Part shown: positions 59,420-64,000 of the stretch, one piece after another
How the letters are laid out: each line of letters begins with the position of its first letter
Position numbering within the stretch: position 1 is the first letter of the stretch
From: an uncultured Gammaproteobacteria bacterium
Lineage (GTDB): Bacteria; Patescibacteriota; Patescibacteriia; Magasanikbacterales; JBBTXJ01
Direction of reading: 5' to 3'
Assembly: GCA_964610305.1 (NCBI GenBank)
Contig: CAZSVL010000006.1
Span: 13,973-77,972 of the forward strand
DNA length: 64,000 nucleotides
The notes under the pieces: model-generated
Told to the model about the DNA's origin: nothing
Seen by the model: only the letters and a program-made list of their open reading frames with translations
The model's database searches: none
Translations under genes and position numbers: made by a program

Positions 59420-61614
59420 GCTTTAAACCATCACAATCAAAAACGGTTTTAGCAAAGGGAAAGAAAGGAGACCTCTCTGACAAAGTAAAGGCGCAATATG
59501 AGAAGGATATGGCCGCCAGAGAGGCGGGGGTGGAAAAGGGCGTGAGCGCTCTGGAAGAAGAGCGCGTCTACAGACAAGGCGTAGTTGCGGTAAGAGATGT
59601 CATTGCTCCGTCTGCCTTTAAAGTAGACCCATCTTACGTTCACGTGGGAGCGCTTTTGGCCAGAACCGTGTATGTGGTTACCTATCCACGCTATATTTCT
59701 GTTGGATGGTTTGCGCCTATTATAAACATGAGTGTCACCACAGATATCTCTATGTTTGTGTATCCGGTAAAAAATAGCGTTATTCTTAAGCAGCTCAAGA
59801 AAAAAGTGGGTACGCTTGAGTCTCAGATGGCGCAAGATCAAGAAAAAGGCGCCGCGCGGGATCCGCTGCAAGAGACCGCGCTGAGGGATGTAGAAGCGCT
59901 TCGTGATTCTCTTACGCAAGGAATAGAGCATTTTTTCCAGTACGCACTTTACATTACGCTGTACGCCAAGACACCAGAGGAGTTGGATAAAGTTACCGAG
60001 CAAGTAGAATCTGTGTTTGCTGGAAAGCTTATTTACACCAAACGTGTGCTCTATCAGGCAGAACAAGGCTTTAACAGCACGTTGCCACTAGCAAATGATG
60101 AGATAATGGTAGCGTTTAATATGAATTCAAGCCCTATTGCTAGCAGCTTTCCGTTTATTTCTTCTGATCTTACCTCTGACAACGGCATTTTGTATGGCGT
60201 GAACCGCCACAATAATTCTTTAATTATTTTTGATAGATTTTCTTTGCCTAATGCAAATGCTGTGGTCTTTGCTACCTCTGGTGCAGGAAAATCGTATGCT
60301 GTTAAGTTAGAAATTTTGCGTTCTCTCATGGTGGGAACAGAGGTAATCGTGATTGACCCAGAAATGGAGTACAAAGACTTAACAGAAGCTGTTGGTGGAA
60401 CGTATATTAATCTGTCTTTATCCTCTGAGAGTAAAATCAATCCTTTTGATTTGCCACGGCCTACTACGGGAGACGCATCTACGGACGATATCATCAGAAG
60501 CGCGGTTATTACCGTAAAGGGAATTTTGCGTGTGATGCTTGGAAAATTCACCACTCAAGAAGATTCTATGTTAGATAGAGCCCTTCTTGAGACCTACGCA
60601 AAAAAAGATATTACGCCAGAGACAAATTTGCTAGAGTTGGGCCCAACTGATATGCCAATTCTTACGGATTTGCAAGATATTTTAGAGGGAATGACCGGAT
60701 CAGAAGAGCTACAGACAAAAATTAAGAAATACACAGAAGGAACTTTCTCTGGGCTACTCAATTCATACACCAATGTGTCTATGGACAATAACATGGTGGT
60801 GTTCTCGGTGAGAGATTTGGAGGATGAGTTGCGTCCGGTGGGAATTTTTACCATTGTGAATTACATTTGGAACGTGGTGAGATCTGAGCGTAAAAAGCGT
60901 ATATTGGTAGTTGATGAGGCGTGGTGGCTCATGCAGCATGAGGATAGTGCCAGATTTATCTTTACTCTTGTTAAAAGATGTAGAAAGTACTGGCTTGGTG
61001 TTACCACAATCACACAGGACGTTGCAGACTTTTTGGGTAGCCAGTATGGAAGAGCTATCGTGACAAACGGCTCAATGCAGCTGCTACTCAAACAGTCCCC
61101 TGCCGCCATAGATAAAATAGTGGAGGTGTTCATGATGACGCAAGGAGAGAAGTTTTTGCTTCTAGAATCTGCCGTGGGAGAGGGAATATTTTTTGCCGGC
61201 CAGAATCATGCGGCAATAAAAATCATCGCTTCCTACAATGAAGACCGGCTTGTTACCACCAATCCAGAAGAGCTTTTGGGAATTGATGAGAGTAAAAAGC
61301 AGTTTAAGGAAGCTATGGATGCTCATAAGGCTGCGGGCAAAAAAGCCGCTGGCGCAGGAAAAGAGGGAGAGCCCTCAGAGATGGCAATTGAAACAGAGAA
61401 AGAAGCCGCTGACGCAGATGCAAAAACGGCTGCTGATAATGAAATAAAAGCAGTAAAAGAGGCGCCAAAAGCTGAACCAAAAAAACAGGCTCCTAAAAAG
61501 GCGGCGCCAGCGAAAGAAGCAAAGAAGACTGCTCCTGCTGCAGCCAAACCGGCAAAACCGGCTGCAAAAAAACCTGCTGCTACTCCTAAGCCACCGCAAC
61601 CACCTAAGGCATGA
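59416..61614 (+). CDS. VirB4-like (TraE/TraC) ATPase with Ala/Lys/Pro-rich tail
   Basis: Walker A ATSGAGKS, IVIDPEMEY, INPFD, Walker B LVVDEAW, KRCRKY..ITQD. Confidence 0.9.
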   Translation: MSFKPSQSKTVLAKGKKGDLSDKVKAQYEKDMAAREAGVEKGVSALEEERVYRQGVVAVRDVIAPSAFKVDPSYVHVGALLARTVYVVTYPRYISVGWFAPIINMSVTTDISMFVYPVKNSVILKQLKKKVGTLESQMAQDQEKGAARDPLQETALRDVEALRDSLTQGIEHFFQYALYITLYAKTPEELDKVTEQVESVFAGKLIYTKRVLYQAEQGFNSTLPLANDEIMVAFNMNSSPIASSFPFISSDLTSDNGILYGVNRHNNSLIIFDRFSLPNANAVVFATSGAGKSYAVKLEILRSLMVGTEVIVIDPEMEYKDLTEAVGGTYINLSLSSESKINPFDLPRPTTGDASTDDIIRSAVITVKGILRVMLGKFTTQEDSMLDRALLETYAKKDITPETNLLELGPTDMPILTDLQDILEGMTGSEELQTKIKKYTEGTFSGLLNSYTNVSMDNNMVVFSVRDLEDELRPVGIFTIVNYIWNVVRSERKKRILVVDEAWWLMQHEDSARFIFTLVKRCRKYWLGVTTITQDVADFLGSQYGRAIVTNGSMQLLLKQSPAAIDKIVEVFMMTQGEKFLLLESAVGEGIFFAGQNHAAIKIIASYNEDRLVTTNPEELLGIDESKKQFKEAMDAHKAAGKKAAGAGKEGEPSEMAIETEKEAADADAKTAADNEIKAVKEAPKAEPKKQAPKKAAPAKEAKKTAPAAAKPAKPAAKKPAATPKPPQPPKA

Positions 61615-62162
61615 TAGAAAACAGAAGAACTCTATTTTTGGCTTTAATAGGATTTGGAGTTCTTGTTTTAATTGGCATTTTTATTTTTTTGAGGGGAGCG
61701 TTGGGTGGTGACGAGCAAGAAGTAGTTGAGCAAAGCACGCCGTTTACTCAGCCAGCTACCGTTTCAGACAATACAGAGCCTGTTGTACAGCTAGATCCGG
61801 CAGAGCATGCAGCGCAGTCGCTTGCTAGAATTTTTGTAGAGCGTATTGGCAGCTATTCTAGCCAGAGCAATTATCAGAATATTGATGATTTGATGGATTT
61901 GATGACGGCTCGCGTGCAGGATTGGGCGCAGGGGTTAAAAACTGAGCAAAACACCGATGAATATACGGGCGTTACCACAAGAGGACTCTCACTGAAAACC
62001 ATTTCTTTTAATGAAAAAAGAAATGCCGTTATAGAAGTGTCTGCGCAAAGACAATATAGCGCAGATGATAAAGAAGACAGCATAGAATACCAAAAAGCTC
62101 AGGTTCACTTGGTTTACACGGCAGGAGAGTGGCTGGTAGACGGGATTTTTTGGCAAGATTAA
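61611..62162 (+). CDS. Bitopic protein, VirB8/NTF2-like
   Basis: N-terminal TM, ARIFVERIGSYS, C-terminal GEWLVD. Confidence 0.6.
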   Translation: MIENRRTLFLALIGFGVLVLIGIFIFLRGALGGDEQEVVEQSTPFTQPATVSDNTEPVVQLDPAEHAAQSLARIFVERIGSYSSQSNYQNIDDLMDLMTARVQDWAQGLKTEQNTDEYTGVTTRGLSLKTISFNEKRNAVIEVSAQRQYSADDKEDSIEYQKAQVHLVYTAGEWLVDGIFWQD

Positions 62163-62381
62163 GAGCTAGACTTGACAGGTCTTTTTTTATTTGATATACA
62201 ATAAGAGGCCAAGAGGACTAGGTTTTTATGAAAAGGAGCGTGGTCCTAAGTGGCAAGATGAGAGGCAAAGAAGAAGATGGTACTAATGGTGCTCGGTTTG
62301 CCTCTTTGCTGTGGCACGATCTTGCTGATAGTTAAGAACGACTTCATGCCACAATTCCGAGCAGTTCTCTGCTTGGTTTTT

Positions 62382-63050
62382 TTATATCTCTCTGGCAAAA
62401 CAGAATCCGTAGATTTTTTGATAGCCCTCTTTTTGCAGTGTCTGGGCACAAGCGGCAAGCGTGGCGCCGGTGGTAGCAACATCATCAATAAGAATTACAG
62501 GTGTTTGTTTGGAAACGGTAGATGTGTCAGCTAAAGAGAAAGCGTTTTTTACTGCAGAAAGCCGCTCTAGGCGGTTTTTTTGAGCTTGAGGAGTGGTTCT
62601 TTGGCGTCTACGCAACAAAGGTACTACAGGAGTATCAAGATGTGCAGCCAGAGTGCTTGCAATAAGCTCTGCTTGATTAAAACCACGCCTAACAAATCTG
62701 CTTTTATGAAGGGGCACGGGTACTAAAATAGCGCCTCTCTCAAACAGACCTGCACCTCCCTCATCCAGCCATTTGCCAACAACTGGCTCAATCCAGCGCA
62801 TGGTGGTGCTGGCATATTTGTATTTAAGCATTTTAATAATTTCAGCCACCACCTTTTGATCATACGTATAAACGCTGGCTAAACCCTCTAGCGGCGAGAG
62901 CGCATTATTCCAAATAGGAATGGAAAACGTCAGTTTATCCTCGCAACTCTGGCATACCCACAAGCCTTCAAATTCGCATCCAACACAAAAAATGGGAAAA
63001 ATTCTATCTGCTATAAAATCAATAATGTCACGCCCCCAAGTATGCTTCAT
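62382..63050 (-). CDS. comF: ComF family protein
   Basis: CVGC...CQSC, LVPVPLH...RRGFNQA, ILIDDVATTGATL. Confidence 0.92.
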   Translation of the reverse strand: MKHTWGRDIIDFIADRIFPIFCVGCEFEGLWVCQSCEDKLTFSIPIWNNALSPLEGLASVYTYDQKVVAEIIKMLKYKYASTTMRWIEPVVGKWLDEGGAGLFERGAILVPVPLHKSRFVRRGFNQAELIASTLAAHLDTPVVPLLRRRQRTTPQAQKNRLERLSAVKNAFSLADTSTVSKQTPVILIDDVATTGATLAACAQTLQKEGYQKIYGFCFAREI

Positions 63051-63732
63051 GCATAGTCTCCTTGGCTGATAACTCTTGTGAGCTACCCTCCTTAATTATA
63101 CAGCCATTGGCCAGTAGATAGCCTCTTTGAGCAAATGACAGAACAAGACGCACATTTTGTTCCACAATAAGCAGCGCTGTACCTGACCGGTTAATAGTTC
63201 TGAGCGCATCAAAAATATCTTTTTGAGCAGAAGGCGAGAGCCCCAGGGATGGCTCATCTAACATGAGCAGTTTTGGCTTAAGCATAAGAGCTCGAGCAAG
63301 AGCTACTGTTTGCTGCTGCCCACCAGAGAGGTCTCCTGCCGGCACTTTTTTCTTTTCTAGTAGAATAGGGAATTGTCTCAAGAGGGCTTTCACTCTTTGC
63401 TCCGTCTCTTCTTTGTCTTGGATTAAATATCCGCCCATGCGTATGTTTTCTTCTACTGTGAGGCTTGAAAAAACCAAACGACCTTGGGGAACATAAGAAA
63501 TTCCTTTTTTAATCAGCTCGTGTGTGGGCGATTTAGTAATGTCTTGTTGTGAAAATCCAATACTCCCCTCATAGACATCACATAAGTTAAAAATAGCTTT
63601 TAAGATGGTAGACTTTCCCGCACCGTTGGGTCCGATAAGTGCAATAATTTCACCTTCACTAATCTCCAAAGATACATCACTAAGAATTTTGAGCCTTCCG
63701 TATCCGGCATTGAGGTTTTTTATGGATAACAT
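63028..63732 (-). CDS. livF: Branched-chain amino acid ABC transporter ATPase, LivF-like
   Basis: GPNGAGKST, LSGGQQQ, LDEPSLGLSP, VEQN. Confidence 0.88.
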   Translation of the reverse strand: MLSIKNLNAGYGRLKILSDVSLEISEGEIIALIGPNGAGKSTILKAIFNLCDVYEGSIGFSQQDITKSPTHELIKKGISYVPQGRLVFSSLTVEENIRMGGYLIQDKEETEQRVKALLRQFPILLEKKKVPAGDLSGGQQQTVALARALMLKPKLLMLDEPSLGLSPSAQKDIFDALRTINRSGTALLIVEQNVRLVLSFAQRGYLLANGCIIKEGSSQELSAKETMHEAYLGA

Positions 63733-63733
63733 A

Positions 63734-64000
63734 TTATACGGCTAGTTCTTTTCCTAAGTATGCCTCCAATACTTGATCATTTTGTTGTATGTTAGATGGC
63801 GCACCTTCCGCAATTACTCTTCCTTGCGCCATGACAATAACGGTATCAGCAACACTCATAACAAAATCCATGTCATGCTCAATGAGTAAAAGCGTTTCCC
63901 CTTCACTTTTTAATGAATGAATAATTTCTTTAAGTTTTTCACGCAACACAGGATTAACACCAGCAACGGGCTCATCTAGCATAAGCAGTTTGTGCGGTAG
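63734..64000 (-). CDS. livG: Branched-chain amino acid ABC transporter ATPase, LivG-like (truncated by window edge)
   Basis: LDEPVAGVNP, IEHDMDFV, VLEAYLG. Confidence 0.85.
   Translation of the reverse strand, partial: LPHKLLMLDEPVAGVNPVLREKLKEIIHSLKSEGETLLLIEHDMDFVMSVADTVIVMAQGRVIAEGAPSNIQQNDQVLEAYLGKELAV

Overview
Chromosomal segment of a Patescibacteria (CPR) bacterium, probably Parcubacteria/ABY1, Uhrbacteria-like. The taxon is inferred from the nusA-yidC linkage, a DUF5667-like giant protein, the CPR-type VirB4/PrgI/TrbL cluster and myxobacterial-style Cys-rich lipoproteins. The genetic code appears standard: prfA and prfB are both present and TGA is used as a stop. Core genes (nusA, yidC, prfA, rpmE, rpsB, tsf, gap, groES/EL, prfB, tsaC, rsmA, comF, livF/G) mostly lack Shine-Dalgarno sites or are near-leaderless. 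They are interspersed with self-contained cassettes (TTGACA-17-TAnnnT promoter, strong GGAGG RBS, intrinsic terminator) carrying unknown proteins or apparent non-coding RNAs. Main hunt results: (1) an 80-nt tRNA-like cloverleaf whose two loops are complementary to a separately promoted, terminated upstream small RNA (36642-36883), resembling C4/CI antisense switches; (2) a duplicated, covarying four-hairpin leader with repeated AYYGA linkers ahead of two paralogous unknown proteins (2950-6260); (3) a ~600-nt ornate ORF-free RNA (19670-20308); (4) further structured transcription units without convincing ORFs (12482-12656, 27093-27361, 29146-29690); (5) single-lesion breakage confined to cassette genes. 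No CRISPR array, rRNA, canonical tRNA, integrase, transposase or reverse transcriptase was recognised. All calls are by eye; no searches or folding programs were run.
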